A stretch of 63,563 nt of DNA, counting the filler, from Reticulomyxa filosa (Eukaryota; Protista; Foraminifera): assembly GCA_000512085.1 (NCBI GenBank). It is 25 parts of 25 records of this genome, joined end to end, with 100 filler letters (N's around TTAATTAATTAA, not from the genome) between each part and the next. Parts side by side here need not be neighbours in the genome. Positions count along the whole stretch, not along the records: positions 37,995 to 39,642 come from ASPP01006707.1; positions 39,743 to 44,833 come from ASPP01003317.1; positions 44,934 to 47,048 come from ASPP01028607.1; positions 47,149 to 48,148 come from ASPP01045009.1; positions 48,249 to 49,951 come from ASPP01038465.1; positions 50,052 to 54,426 come from ASPP01005042.1; 19 more parts are not named here. One strand, 5' to 3'. Positions 38,033-51,369 of this stretch are shown piece after piece. Numbering within the stretch: position 1 is the stretch's first letter; each line of letters opens with the position of its first letter. Both the position numbers and the translations under genes were made by a program. Below the pieces are notes generated by a model, which saw only the letters and a list, made by a program, of their open reading frames with translations, made no database searches and was not told the origin of the DNA.

Positions 38033-39114
38033 CGGTGCTATTGTATGGTTCGATTTCGGTGCTGGTGTTATCATGCATCGCAATCGTAAATACTTACTGG
38101 GTAATCGCCCAAATAAATGCAATGAATCATTGTCCCAAACTCCGTCCCACCGCAAGTAAACAACTCAGTATAACACTGGTCAAAAATGCTTTGAATGAAA
38201 TCTTGAGAGATGGATATGGATTCAAGTTGATGGCTGCATATTTGATTAAAGGTAAAGTGTAGTATGCGTAGATGTGTACGTGTTAGTACGTGCACAGTTT
38301 TTCTTGTATTAAATTATATATACGTACATATGTATATATTTATTTATGTATATGTATGTTTTTCTTTTTAATTGAATTGCAAAAAAAAAAAAAAAAAAAA
38401 AAAATAAAGAATATTCATTGGAAAATTTGTTTATTTTTTGGCAGAGAGTACACAATGGATAAATTATTGCTTCGATGTGTTTCCTAATGTTCAAGCGAAC
38501 AACCCACAACCAGGGTTCCAATTGTTTGAATTTCCAAAAACGTGGTGCCCCAATCGATAATACTATTGAAGCACGACACGTGCGACGCACAATTTTTGAA
38601 GTTATACGAAAAGTATGTGCGCGGTCGAGAGAATGCGTTGGAAATCAACATATCATATACGAGTCGTCAGTTGTTGAATACTTTGTATTATCCTCGACGA
38701 CATTGGATCGAAATGAACACAAACGAAAACAATTCCGGTTTACAACGTAACTTAACTGGTAGCAATGGACCAATGAAAAACTCATTTGCACCTACCATCG
38801 GGTATGGGAATATGAATGTCACTTCATTTATTATTAGCAAGGCACACATCAATCGTGACACCATTCGCAAATATCAAGAAATGCTGTCCAATGGAAAAAA
38901 TCATGTTTTAAGTGAAGATGAGCGCTTTTTGGTTACTGCCATTGACGCTATCATGCAAGTCCAAAAAGAAATCATTTCGATGTTGAGAGGCACGTTCACA
39001 AGGTTTCAAGCAACCGAAGAGTATCAAATGTGGTTAACACATATCCAAGATAACCACACACGCATTTCCGGATCTCACTCGATTTCTATTGAGAATGAGA
39101 TATCATCTGTGTAA
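38032..39114 (+). CDS. Membrane-anchored RGS protein (likely C-terminus of a 7TM-RGS), 5' truncated
   Basis: A hydrophobic helix, then LNEILRDGYGFKLMAAYLIK|EYSLENL (intron 38252-38409), LYEKYV....ALEINISYTSR and KEIISMLRGTFTRF. Confidence 0.85.
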
Positions 39115-42100
39115 TTATAATTTTTTTTTTTCCGTTTGATTTTGTTTGATTCGGTTTTATTTTTTTTTTTTTGGGGTAATTAAAAAAAAAAAGAATATTG
39201 TATTGTTATAAATCAAGCCATTGACAATAGACCTCTTTGCTCATAATATTTGTTTTGTTTATTTATTTTTTCTTTTGTTCATCCTTTTTCCTCTCATAAT
39301 TTGACCCTTTTTTTTTTTGCGTTGTGTGCGTGATTGAGGTGATGGGTGTGTTTTTTTTATCCTTGGCCTGAATTCTTATTTTGTTTCTTATTTCCTATAC
39401 TCTTTTAATTTGGATCTTTGTTGATTTGCAAGAACATTAGCACAAACAAAATGGAATAGCGAATCCTATGACTTTCCTTTACTTTTTATGAATGGCTGTG
39501 TTCTTTGGATGCTTTCTTTTTCCGAGTTTGAAGTGTCTATTTGTAGAAACTTCGACATTAATCGAAAAACTCTATCCCACAAAATTATGGGCACAATCTT
39601 TAAACCAATTCTTTAACATAAATTGCGCTTATGAGTTTCTTTNNNNNNNNNNNNNNNNNNNNNNNNNNNNNNNNNNNNNNNNNNNNTTAATTAATTAANN
39701 NNNNNNNNNNNNNNNNNNNNNNNNNNNNNNNNNNNNNNNNNNACAAGAATATATTCACAAATACTTATCTGTTTCCTGAACAATAACTCAATTTTATATA
39801 GATATTCTTTTCTTTTATCTCATAACTCGTTTTACTTTGCTTAATGCATTTCCTCAATTGTATGAAATTTACTTTTTACTCATTTGAGTTAATGCATGGA
39901 GCTATTGATCATCGTATTTTTTTTATTGAAAAAGTCGTCCTGATAATTTAAAGCTAAAACCAATAAGTTCAAAATAATTTCATATTCATAAAAAGACATT
40001 TCATTCAGAGTTTGTTAACCACTTTTTTTGTTTTTTAATGCAAACAAAAAAAATTGCGACACTCTTCAGCAAAAAGGATAAAAAATTATCAAAAATTTTG
40101 TAGATATTGATGAGATGATATGTTAACTATTGGGTTGTATTGTCCCCTTTTTTTCAAACAAGAGAAATTCAAAAGTAAAAACAAAATAATCTTCTCACTA
40201 TTCAACTACACTTGTACAAAAAAAAAAAACATTTGATAGAAACAACACACTGCCTGAATAGTTTCCAATGTTTGACTGTACTTGCGCTAGCCCACCGACA
40301 TTACAGGAACTTCAACTTTCCCATTTGTTCGACGGATGATTTTTGAATATCTGTATCACAATGTATGTATTGATATCAAATTAGAAAAACATCAACTTGG
40401 GTTATATTGTTTTATGCAATATCATATACAATTGAAACAACTATTAAAAAAAAAGAACATACATGTTGACTTCAATTATGCAATGCTTTATTGGTATTAT
40501 GGATACTTCTACTTTTCTAAAAAAGTCCAAAAAAGCAGCAACATTAACCCTCCACTTGACACTCGTCATCCAATAATATTTATTTGTTCATCATTGAGCA
40601 AATAACAAATATCATTATGGAGGAAATGATAAGAGCATGCTTGTGTCATGGCAACACAGAATTCGATTTTTTGACGCTGAATTCTAATCAACAATTTGGC
40701 TAGTGATTGCAACTTCTTTCATTTTGCATCACCACTGCTGTTATTGTTGTTGTTAATATTGTTGTTGGTAACTCGCTGCAGCATATGACAATAGAACAAC
40801 AGCGCATTGTAAATCTGCTTCCAATTGAATCCCGGACCAGAAGCAGTCTTCATATCGTGTACTTGAATGGTCTGTACACTTCCATTTCTATTTGCCCACT
40901 TCAAATATCTCTAATTATTTAAGTGATACAACATGAGTATATCAATTTTATGTATGTTACTGTTAGTATTATTGATCATAAAAAAAAAAATTAACTTTTT
41001 AAGCGATTGATCCAACACGATTTTGATGCAGGAACATGAAATGGGATAGCGCAATTACGACATCAATGATTTGCGCGGTTCGGTTGATCAATTATATACC
41101 TCGACTTTGAATACGTCTTGTCGAGGTTAAACACTTTGAGACGCGACTGCTTCCAATTAATTCTTTTGCCTTGTGGCAATGAGATCGCGTGTTTCACATT
41201 ATTTTCATTCTGCCCAAGTTCTTGAGGCCACTTCATAAAAGTTGTTGATGCGGCTGCCGTTGCTGTGATTGAGATGAGGCATAGCAGATAACTTTTTTTT
41301 ATCGTCGGGCAAGCAAATACGGATAATTGTCGACGACTATAATTGCGTATATGTCGACAAAAAATTTTCGCAAGATATTTTTTTTGTGGCATCTTCGTTT
41401 TAATTGCCCTTTTCGATTCACTAATGCACCTTTTCTACCAAGTGACTCGTCGATTGTTCTAACAACCTATTTTTATGTTTGTACGTATAAGCTTTTTTTT
41501 TTGAAAGATATTTTTTGGTTTATTCTGTATAATCACAAAAACAACTTTTGGAACTTTCGACAGATTGCTAACACAAATACAATAGCCCGCACTGTTCTTC
41601 ACTTTTGGCCGCTCGAACGACTTTCGTTGGTAATCACACTACTACGATATTGTGACGATTACATACTTTTCCGCCTCGTCCATTTGCAACTTGCCACCAA
41701 AGAAACTTTTTAAAGCCGAAGACGATTGATAATAATTGCGAAATAGTCAAGCCTTTGCCAAGAAGTGACGTGTCATCTCGTGCGTATGGCAAGACAAGTT
41801 TGAATACACAATCTAATGATGAACAATTGAGGAATTGTAAATGCGATTGTAGGATTGGGAAATATGATGGAAAAGCGGCGAAGTGATCTGGGTAATTGAG
41901 ATTGGACAAGGGGATTGGACGTATAACAATTTGCATTAGTAATGCTCGCTATTTTTCATCTCAAATCACCAACACAATTTCATGTGGACTTGGCAAACTT
42001 TTTCACCACTTTATGCCGCCCTGCAGACGAATGTTCTTACGATTAATCCATATATTCACCATCACGTATACAGCGTTTTCAACACCCTTTTTCTCATTTT

Positions 42101-42544
42101 TTTTTCTTTTTTATCCTTTTTGATTTACAAATTACCAATACACACAGACAAGTCTCCAATTATATATGTGTTATTCTTAAAGATATTTTATACGATTTAT
42201 CGCAACTTTTAAGGCCAAAGGAATAACATTGATATTTAATTATCCAACTACGCACAAAATCCAATATCGAAAACAGCTACTTGCAACAACTTCCAATGAC
42301 CAGTAACGAAACTTGCAAACGACAAGGAACGCAGCATCGCCAACTATAACGATTTAAATAATCACATCCAAAGCCAATAACTCATAATAAGGTCGACGTA
42401 TCCACACTTCAAGTGAACTCATTCTTTTCCTTTTTTGCACGAGCAGTAACATACTATAATGCAAAGACACAAAACAACATCATTCAATCGATTGCACAAG
42501 TTTATTTAAAACGTACGCAACTGGGACTCGGACAGCAACATTTT

Positions 42545-43380
42545 TTAAAAAAATTCAAATTATTTTGTTTTTTCTTTTGCTTTTTCCTTTTCTTTTTTTA
42601 TCATTATTTTTCTTTTATTTTTTTCTTTCTTATTTTTCATTCTATTTTCTTTTTTTCTTCATTTTCTTTTTTTTTCTCATTTATCTTTTTTTTAATTTTT
42701 ATCTTTTTTTTAATTTTTATCTTTATTCTTTATTTTTTTTCTTCATTTTTATTTATTTTTCCACCATTTTTTCAAATATTTTCACTATTTTTCCCAACAT
42801 TTTTTCTCAACTTTTTCCCAACTTTTCCCCAACTTTTTTTCAATTATTTTTTTCACAATCCCCCCTTCTATAATAATCTTTTTTAAAAAAAATATTTACA
42901 AATTTCTTGCTCTTGACATCTATCAATTAACAAACAAGTTTTCTTATCTTTTTTTTAAAAAAAAAAAAATAATACCTTTGCCGAACGGAGTCTAGCTCCA
43001 ATTTCCAATCAAATTTCTATTTTATTTTTTTTCTTGTGTTGTGATGCAAAGCATCAAAAAAACAATTTGTTATGAAAAAAAAAAAATATGTTCATTGATG
43101 GGGGCATGCCTATTGATGAACACAAACAAAATCATTTTTATGATAAACAAAAACGTATACATAAATGTACAAACCCTTATTTATTTTTTTTCCATGCGGG
43201 CTGGACTTCAACCCCAATTTTCTCATAGATGATGGGGGGGTAAAACTTTTCTTTTTTTTTTTGCGAGACTTGTCACTGCTGTTATCAAACAAACCATAAT
43301 TTAATATATTAAAAAATAAATAAATGAATATATTGCAAACCTGTATATCTCCTTTCGGAGACGGGGAGCTGTACCCCATT
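42545..43380. repeat. Dispersed structured element, copy 2
   Basis: T-rich tract 42545-42890, GGAG..CTCC at 42987, GGGGGCATGCCTATT at 43100, GACTTCAACCCC at 43204 and TCTCCTTTCGGAGACGGGGAGCTGTACCCCAT at 43348-43379. Confidence 0.85.
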
Positions 43381-45201
43381 TAACAATTTTTCTTCTTTTG
43401 CAGAGGGATGCACAGCATCCAAAACAATTCATTTTTTTTTTTGTCCAAGTCTGTTCAAACAACAAACAGACTTTCTTTTTTAAGTCAAAAAAAAAACAAA
43501 AAAATAATAAAAAAAAAACATACTGTCGCAGTAGGGAGCAAGTGCAATATCATCCCAAATATAAGTTGGCACGCGAACATTCAACGAAAAAAGAAAGAAA
43601 AAACCCTTTTTTTTTTTCGTTGAAACGTAATGTGCTTTTAAAAAAAGATGCAAAAATTGTAATTTTTGAAATATTTTGATATTTTAGACGAATTACTTAA
43701 AACGTAAAGAATTGCTGGAATGAATATTTAATGGAATATTATTTTCACTTTTTTCTGAAAGTAAAAAAGTTTCCTTTTTTCAAAAAAGTCTGATCTTCTC
43801 TCTATTCAAACAACATAACAAGCCAAATTTTTACAACGTGGAACTCACTCTTAAATAGCTCTTTCTCCAATTTATTCCTCTGCAAAAAGTGTAAAAGAAC
43901 ATTAACACAAAACTAGGTTTTTTGTATACGTGATGAACATTGCACATAATCAAATTTTAAAATATTAATTTTGCTGTCGTTTGAACAAAGAAAAACAGTG
44001 TTTCACTTGTTTTTTTCGTTTTGGTGCTTGCAGTTTTTTTAAATTTTTGATCATTGCTTGTGAAAGTGGCAGCAACATGGACAGTTGCAGCCATGTTTGA
44101 ATAGAAGAAAGCTAAAGATAAAAAAAAACTTTCTTTTAACTGACAAATTACTGAATCAAACAAATATTTCTTTTCAAGAGTTTCCTTGGCGTATATATTC
44201 AATAATAAACAAACTTTATGCAATAGAAAAAGAGACGACGCAAAAAAATGTCGAAACAAGCAGAATTAAAAAAATGAACATAGATGATGTAGCAACGAAA
44301 TTAAAATGGGAGGTAATGCAAATTGTTTTGTGACGCAAAGAGATTTTTAGGTGCTGATAGGAAAGCATTAACTTTATGAAAAGAGCCTTTGGTACTACCG
44401 AAAACAATTATTTTCATATTGTTTGCAAGTCGTTTCGACTAACTTGTTACTTCCTCCATCTCTTTACGTCTTGCACTTTATTACAAACACTTGCATCTGT
44501 CAGACTTTGGGATTCAATCTAGTTATTTGCTTTTCCTTAATTAATCTTCCAATTATTTAAAAGTTATTTTAAAGTATTTCCGAAAGTTGCAGCTTATACA
44601 AACAAAAAACATGAAGAGAATTTTCCCATTTTTGAAAAAAAAACAACAAACTTTTACTAGAATACACAAAAACAATTCTGTAGTAATATTTTCAAATAAA
44701 AATCTTTAAAAAAAGAAGTTAATGTAACAGATATATGGATAAATGAATATTGCATAACAAAAACAACAAATGCATCAAAATATTACAAATAATCCAAATG
44801 GTTGCATGTTTATTTTGTATCACACTTAGTGAANNNNNNNNNNNNNNNNNNNNNNNNNNNNNNNNNNNNNNNNNNNNTTAATTAATTAANNNNNNNNNNN
44901 NNNNNNNNNNNNNNNNNNNNNNNNNNNNNNNNNGGTATCCGTGTTTACAATGTCTCCAATTGTTTTTTTTTTCCCCCTTTACTTTGAATGATCAATAATA
45001 AGGTTAAATTTTTCAAAAAAAAAAGAAAAAAATCATCTCTTTGCAAAATCGATTTGAAGATTTAAAAAAGTCTTCAACTTTACACAGATGAAATGAAACA
45101 ACTTTTCAAAAATTTTGTTGCACGGGTCAGAGAATATTTGAGCCATAAAATCATCAAATACATGACAGTAACCAAGAACACATTTTTTTGTTTGGCTATG
45201 A

Positions 45202-47048
45202 ATGGACATCATTTTTTTTTTTGAACTTAGTGGCCACTTTAACAAAAAAAAAGTCTTTCAACAAGCCCCTTGCGAAAGAAAAATGATGTCCTTTCCAACA
45301 AATTTCAAAGAAACCCAACTCTTTCACATGCACAAGCGATTACTAAATCGGCTAAGTCGAGTACAAAGTATGAAAGAGCTGACAAGATTTCTTGTACTCT
45401 TTAGTTCTGAAGAACTGAAGGAAATAATCAGGAACAAGTTAAACGAAGAAATAGAAAGGGGCGAAAAGAATGAAAATAATACTGACTTTTATTTCGTGCA
45501 AAACAAGATTCGTGATGTATATTTGTGTACAAGTTCATTTGATGAAATCTTGCCAACAACTGTGCAGCTACATATCCTTTCTTTTTTGGATCATGATTCT
45601 TTTAAAAGTTTGCCTTTTCTATCCAAGTCATTATGGCATACATTTTGTTCCAGTCCTGTCTTATTACAAAAAGGTAAACAAAAAAAAAAAAAAAAAAGAA
45701 ATTTAAAAAATCCAAACATTTTTTTTTATTTTTATTTTAAACAAAAAAAGTACACATTGACATTCATTGAGTTCAAAGAAAGAAATACAAGCATTTTCCA
45801 GGAACAAAGTACTTCAAGAAAAAATACGGAAAAAAAGGATATCGAGCATGAACAAAAGCCAAAGAGATTATGTGTTGAACATAAAGCAAATAAGGTAATG
45901 ATCAAAGTATTTATTCCAGAAGCATTCAATGAAAATGTTGACAGCAAAGTCGATGATACTGTGAGTGCATTGGATCGGTTGGGTCAATTTCCTTGGCATA
46001 GTATTCGTAAATGGAATGTGAATGGTATCCAACTTCAGAAATTGTATTTGTATTTTGTACAAAGGCCAATATCGCTTTATCGCTCTGTGTTTGATTCATG
46101 TTCGAATACGAATTGGAGGCAGCTTGTGTCGGGCTGGAAAACATTAATTGAGAACGAAAAGAATCCATTTGATAGATGGGATATGTCGGATTGCAAGGAG
46201 TTGATCGGAACAAACCATGGTTGTATTTGTTATCCTTCGCTTTTTTCTTGTCAAGATTTGCAATATGATGTAGTGCCTTATTCCACACAAGATCATCAAA
46301 TGAAATTACTTATGGCTGATTCTAATCTTTCGTATAACTTTGTCTGGGTCACTGCAAAAAATGTCAACAACACTCCTCCTGATCGTCCATTCTTTTTTGT
46401 CAAACATGATGTCTTGTCCAAAAAGAATAGGGCATTACTTCACTTCGATATTCAACGGTTCCCTTTTCAAGACAGTTTTCTTTTTCTTTTGCAAAACAAC
46501 TACGAAAAGACAACTTTGATAGTATTCCACGTTTGATATTATATTTATGTATACATAAACATTACATAATTATATAGCAAATTGGAAGTGTTCGGAAAAG
46601 ACCTTGCGTGAGTATATACTTAGTTTGGACAATGCAATTACTCAAATGAAAACAGGAAAAAAAACAAATACCAACGATCCGATTGTGCAAGTGCAGTGTA
46701 TCTATGACCACATTTTGTGTCTACGGGAATGGTTGGAGTCATTGTATGGTACTTCCGACAAGTTTCGATTTGGTTGGCACAGCTTCACAAAATTTGTGAT
46801 TGAAATAAATGGAGGACAAGTTGCACTTGTTATGTGCGAGGACGAAGAGAAAAATGATGATAATAATGATGATAATGATGATAATAATGATGATAATAAT
46901 GATGATAATAATGATGATAATGACAACAATGATGATGACAATAATAATGATGATAACAATGATGATAATAATAATAATGATTCTGATAATGAGTATTTTG
47001 AGAATATAAGTAGCAGTGATAATGATGGCAGTGGCAATGCTTCTGCTG
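45202..47048 (+). CDS. F-box-like protein, multi-exon, with a D/N-rich tract, 3' truncated
   Basis: FDEILPTTVQLHILSFLDHDSFKSLPFLSKSLW is an F-box pattern. Probable introns near 45674-45750 and after 46530; GAT/AAT repeat at 46850-46985. Confidence 0.65.
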
Positions 47049-48409
47049 NNNNNNNNNNNNNNNNNNNNNNNNNNNNNNNNNNNNNNNNNNNNTTAATTAA
47101 TTAANNNNNNNNNNNNNNNNNNNNNNNNNNNNNNNNNNNNNNNNNNNNAACTTTGGTGTAGTAAGTTTGACAAAAGTTACTTGCTACACTTTTCAAAAGT
47201 TCAGGGCATGTGGTCTTTGGCTCAACGCAATTTGGACTGTTCAAAAATATCAGTCGTATCTTTTCTTATTTTTGATTTGTTATTAAATTAATAAAGAAAA
47301 CGCAAAAATTTTTATTTTTTTTGCAATAACAATAAGTTATTTTAATTAGCGAGTCTTTTTTTTAATAAATCCCTTGGAAACACTTTTGAAAAAATAGAGA
47401 AAAATAATAAAAAATGATCAATAAATACAATTGAAAGCAAAATATATCATTTTTACAATTTTTTTTGATTGAACAAATGAATATTTTTGATAAGATGATA
47501 GCGAAAATCGAAGTTTTCGTTCACTTATTTTGTTTGATATAGGGATGGACCCCTTTGAGTAATGTTGAAAATGAAGTATCTCACAAATTTTGAGGCCTCG
47601 CCACAGAAAACAAAGGATAGCAAGGAGTTAATGGTTCATAATTTGGAATACGAAGAAATTTTTAGTAGTTATTGCGTTGACACGTCTCTAGATGTTAAGA
47701 ACTCCAGCAAATGGATGATAGCAATGAAGAAAAGAAAGAGGTTGCCCAAGATACGAGCAATTGAAAAAGAAAGAAGCGCAAAAGCTTTTGCAGTGCGTAC
47801 AAGCTATGCACGCGCAGTCAAATAAAATTCAAGAATGTTTGGAGTAGAAAAAAAGTGTAATACGAAACATGGTCGCTCAAATGCGACAATCGTGGTGGCA
47901 TTTGACGTATTCAAATCAACAGATTGCTGTCTTCGAGCGAGGGGGAAACAATCTGCATCCTTAAATATTAAAAAAAGTGCTTGGAAATATGCATTATTCT
48001 GTTGGTGGAACAGCTTCTGCTTTGGCATTTTTGTTTTAAACAAAAATACCAATTTGAAAGTGGAAATTACATATTTGGAGGAGTCATGGAGAATAGATAG
48101 TAAAATGTCAGGAGAGTCGAACAAAGAGCACAAGACACTCAAACAAAANNNNNNNNNNNNNNNNNNNNNNNNNNNNNNNNNNNNNNNNNNNNTTAATTAA
48201 TTAANNNNNNNNNNNNNNNNNNNNNNNNNNNNNNNNNNNNNNNNNNNNAAAAAAAAAAAGTAAAATGAAAATTATTTGGAAAATGGGAAAGTAAGTGACT
48301 GTACAAAATCAAAATAAAAAAAAAAGAGTGTAACAATAATAAAAAAAAAGAGTGTGCGTGCATTATGTGTATACATACAATCACATTAACTTATTTATAA
48401 AAAATAGTT

Positions 48410-48860
48410 TTGAAGGGTGGAGTTGGGATGTTGTGGAAGAAAATGACGATAATTGTCATCATCAAATGTCTGTTGATCCATCGGATCAAATGGACGTCGA
48501 TGAATTTGCAAATATAGCCACAACCACCGACTTCATGGACGTTGACCCGATTGAGGTCACCTCCAACCCATTTATGGATCTCGATCCCGCCGAGGTCCTT
48601 ATTTATTGTCCATCTGATCCAATAGATTGGATGGACATAGACATGCTGGCGTCATCGGATGAAATAATAAGTACAGCGGATGACGATGACGACCAGCATG
48701 TCATGCTGATCCCAAATCCCCCGGGGGATGTTAAGATGATTGATAATTATTTATCAACATCAAGAAATAGATTGGGATCGGCCGCCGGCAAAAGAAAATA
48801 TATTATTCCGGCGGGGGCATCAAAGGTAAAAAGAACACGATGCTCCACCAAAATTACGGT
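48410..48860 (+). CDS. Acidic low-complexity exon with repeated M-D-[VIL]-D motifs and a basic NLS-like segment
   Basis: MSVD, MDVD, MDVD, MDLD, MDID, then KRK...KVKR; flanked by plausible AG/GT. Confidence 0.45.
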
Positions 48861-49319
48861 TACGTATTCTATAAGTATACGTGTATTTATATTTATATAT
48901 CCAACATACAAAAAATAATAAAATAGGCCAAAAAGTTTAGAGTGAGCAAAGTGCTCATTAAACAATAATTTTAATGACCCCCAAAGTGGGTTCAATCCCC
49001 CGGGGCAAAGCAAAGCAATATGCTTTGATAATTTTTTTTAATTTTAATTTTTTTTTCCCCATCCCATTAACTCTATCCTTTTTTCCCCTTTAAATATACC
49101 TTTTTTTCCCCATTAATTTACCTTTTTTCCCCCTTTTTTTTTCCTTGCTGTTTGGTATCTGCTATATCATAGCATGAAATACCACAGCAACTTTTTTCTT
49201 TAGTTTGTTTTTTTTTTTTTTGTAGTGATGTAGTGCACACTAACTCAGTGGTGACACTACTTTTGATGTTGTCAGTGTAATCACTGTCAATATCATCAAG
49301 TGAGTGACTAATTAGAATG

Positions 49320-49407
49320 GTGTGGTGAAATGCTAGCTTCCTAGCATGTGTGTGGTGAAATGCTAGCTTCGTAGCATATGTGTGGTGAAGTGTTAGCTTT
49401 CTAGCAC
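49320..49407. repeat. Three 30-bp tandem repeats, each containing an 18-bp hairpin
   Basis: Unit approximately GTGTGGTGAA-ATGCTAG-CTTC-CTAGCAT, exact period 30. Confidence 0.9.
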
Positions 49408-50529
49408 GGGTGTATACACAGTGTGGTGGCACTTATCTTTATATCAGTGCTGGTGTGGTGTTATTTAGGGAGGGTGAGGGGGAAGGTATTGGTGCAGAGG
49501 GGGGATGAGGTGAAGGGGGAGTGAGTGTGTACATGGAGCGTGATGGATACATTGAGGGGGAGGTGTGTTATTGTATGTTTGTTGTATGTTTTGAAATATA
49601 GATGTTGTGATGCAAGTCAAAGAAAAGACAAGGTTGGAGGCATGTTATTGCATATTTTGCATCCCCCCTGACATTCAGTAATGTTTTTATTTTTATTTTT
49701 TAATATATACACACATTTTTGCAAAAATAAATAATAATTATACACTATAAAATATAAACCGTAGAACAAAGTCACGTTATTGGAATTTCCATTTGTTGGA
49801 TTTATCGAGGCTTATTAAAAAATTAAGTCATATGTTTATACGTTTTATTTTGTAATGTACTTATTTGTTATATTATATTTATATACTTCACGCTTTGGTT
49901 TATTTTTTGCATTGAATAGAAATGATCGGATTGGTATTGATTATGTAAATCNNNNNNNNNNNNNNNNNNNNNNNNNNNNNNNNNNNNNNNNNNNNTTAAT
50001 TAATTAANNNNNNNNNNNNNNNNNNNNNNNNNNNNNNNNNNNNNNNNNNNNTTAAATATGAAATTGGTTTTTTAATAACTTTTTTTTTTTTTTTGATGAA
50101 ATCACCATTCTTTCAAATGTTTTTGAAAATTCTGCGAGAATGAGTATCATTTGCACTTTTATTAAAATTAAGAAATTTTCAAAATTTTTTTGTTTACATT
50201 TTAGAAATCTCCAAGTCGCGTAGATACTTTAAAAAAAAAATTAGGTCTAAATGTTGAATTTTTCATTGAGAATCAATTATCATCGTTTTATGCGTTCAGT
50301 TTTACTTTGCAACCACTGTAAATAGTTTTATGTATTTAATTTTCTAATAAAATAAATATATTCTATTATTACAAAACCAATTCTTATGTGCAATTTGTAT
50401 TTATTGTTTTAAAAGAGTTTTATTTTCTTGATTGTCCACACTGCAATTTTAATAAATGTTTCACCTTTATCTTATTGAGTGATGAAAAAGTATTGATGAA
50501 ATAGTACATATCAATTGAATTGTAGTCAT

Positions 50530-51000
50530 TCTTTTCATAAAAAGGTAAATATCATATGAACCATAACATAAAGTAATGTCTTTTTTTTCATTTTTTAACT
50601 ATAAAAATTTAAGACATATTATTCCATCATCTCCTTTGTCATGTCCTTTGATCACATACAACTCGTTATTATTTGATCAAAATCCCAAAACGAATTGTAT
50701 TATCCCATGATCCTGAATATATTACATTCCAATTACCAACAATGCTATTCTTTATTATAAATATTGAAGACATGTAATGATTTGGATGTTCCAACATCCC
50801 ATAAACAAATTGTTTTATCTTTAGAGCCAGAACACAAATATCCACCATTAAATGGTGATAATTCAAAGCAATCAATCCAATCTGTATGCCCATTGAATAT
50901 TTGCAATTTTGATTATGTTTGAAATCCCAAAAACGACTGATTTTGTCGTCTGACGAAAAACACGACTGTGATAGTGATATTGTGAAATTTCACTATTTTT
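50530..51000 (-). pseudogene. Decayed WD40-repeat paralog
   Basis: Fragments such as GGYLCSGSK and NVIYSGSWDNTIRF across frameshifts; similar to 51370-52765. Confidence 0.8.
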
Positions 51001-51369
51001 TCAAATAGCTACAAATTTATTACCTGTGATTATACAAATAAAGGCGCACATGTTGCAAAACTTGAAGAATTGTTGAAAGTGTAGCACAGACAAACAAAAA
51101 ACCAAAGTGTACTTTTTCGCACTGAAAAAGAATGCAAAGAAAACGAAACTTATTATTATTTTCAAAATAAAAAAAATAATCCACAGTTCAAATTTCTTTG
51201 TTAAAAGCTATTAGAATATGAAAAAAAATTTTAAATATCGTGTCATCCTCCATTTTAACAAATTTATTTTTGTATTTAACAAGCCCTTCATCTTGAAGTT
51301 GATATAAAAAGGCTCAAATCGTTTTCATCTGACAACGATATAAGGAGAAAGGCAAGAGAAACGGAAAGA

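Noticed and set aside
34797-38560. Frameshifts in P5CDH, UPF3 and the RGS gene as programmed frameshifting or pseudogenisation
   Set aside because: The shifts fall in homopolymer runs with conservation on both sides, typical of pyrosequencing-type errors.
41638-41670. LLRYCDDYILF resembling a reverse transcriptase or TERT YxDD motif
   Set aside because: No upstream QG..LSP-type motif or other RT block is visible in neighbouring frames, and the ORF is short and low-complexity.
43336-43379. Plus-strand TTCGGAGACGGGG...TACCCCAT resembling a group II intron domain V/VI end with an A at -7
   Set aside because: There is no 34-nt domain V with an AGC/CGC triad and no GUGYG 5' end, and GNRA loops appear on the opposite strand. 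Kept only as an unnamed structured repeat.
47156-47189. Inverted repeat GTGTAGTAAGT/ACTTGCTACAC at a contig start
   Set aside because: Isolated, short, with no second copy or associated element in the window.
48976-49006. GGGTTCAATCCC resembling a tRNA T-arm or B box
   Set aside because: The loop is 6 nt, and no D-arm, anticodon arm or acceptor stem can be built.
49320-49407. Palindromic 30-bp repeats as a CRISPR array
   Set aside because: The units are contiguous with no unique spacers, there are no cas genes, and the context is eukaryotic.
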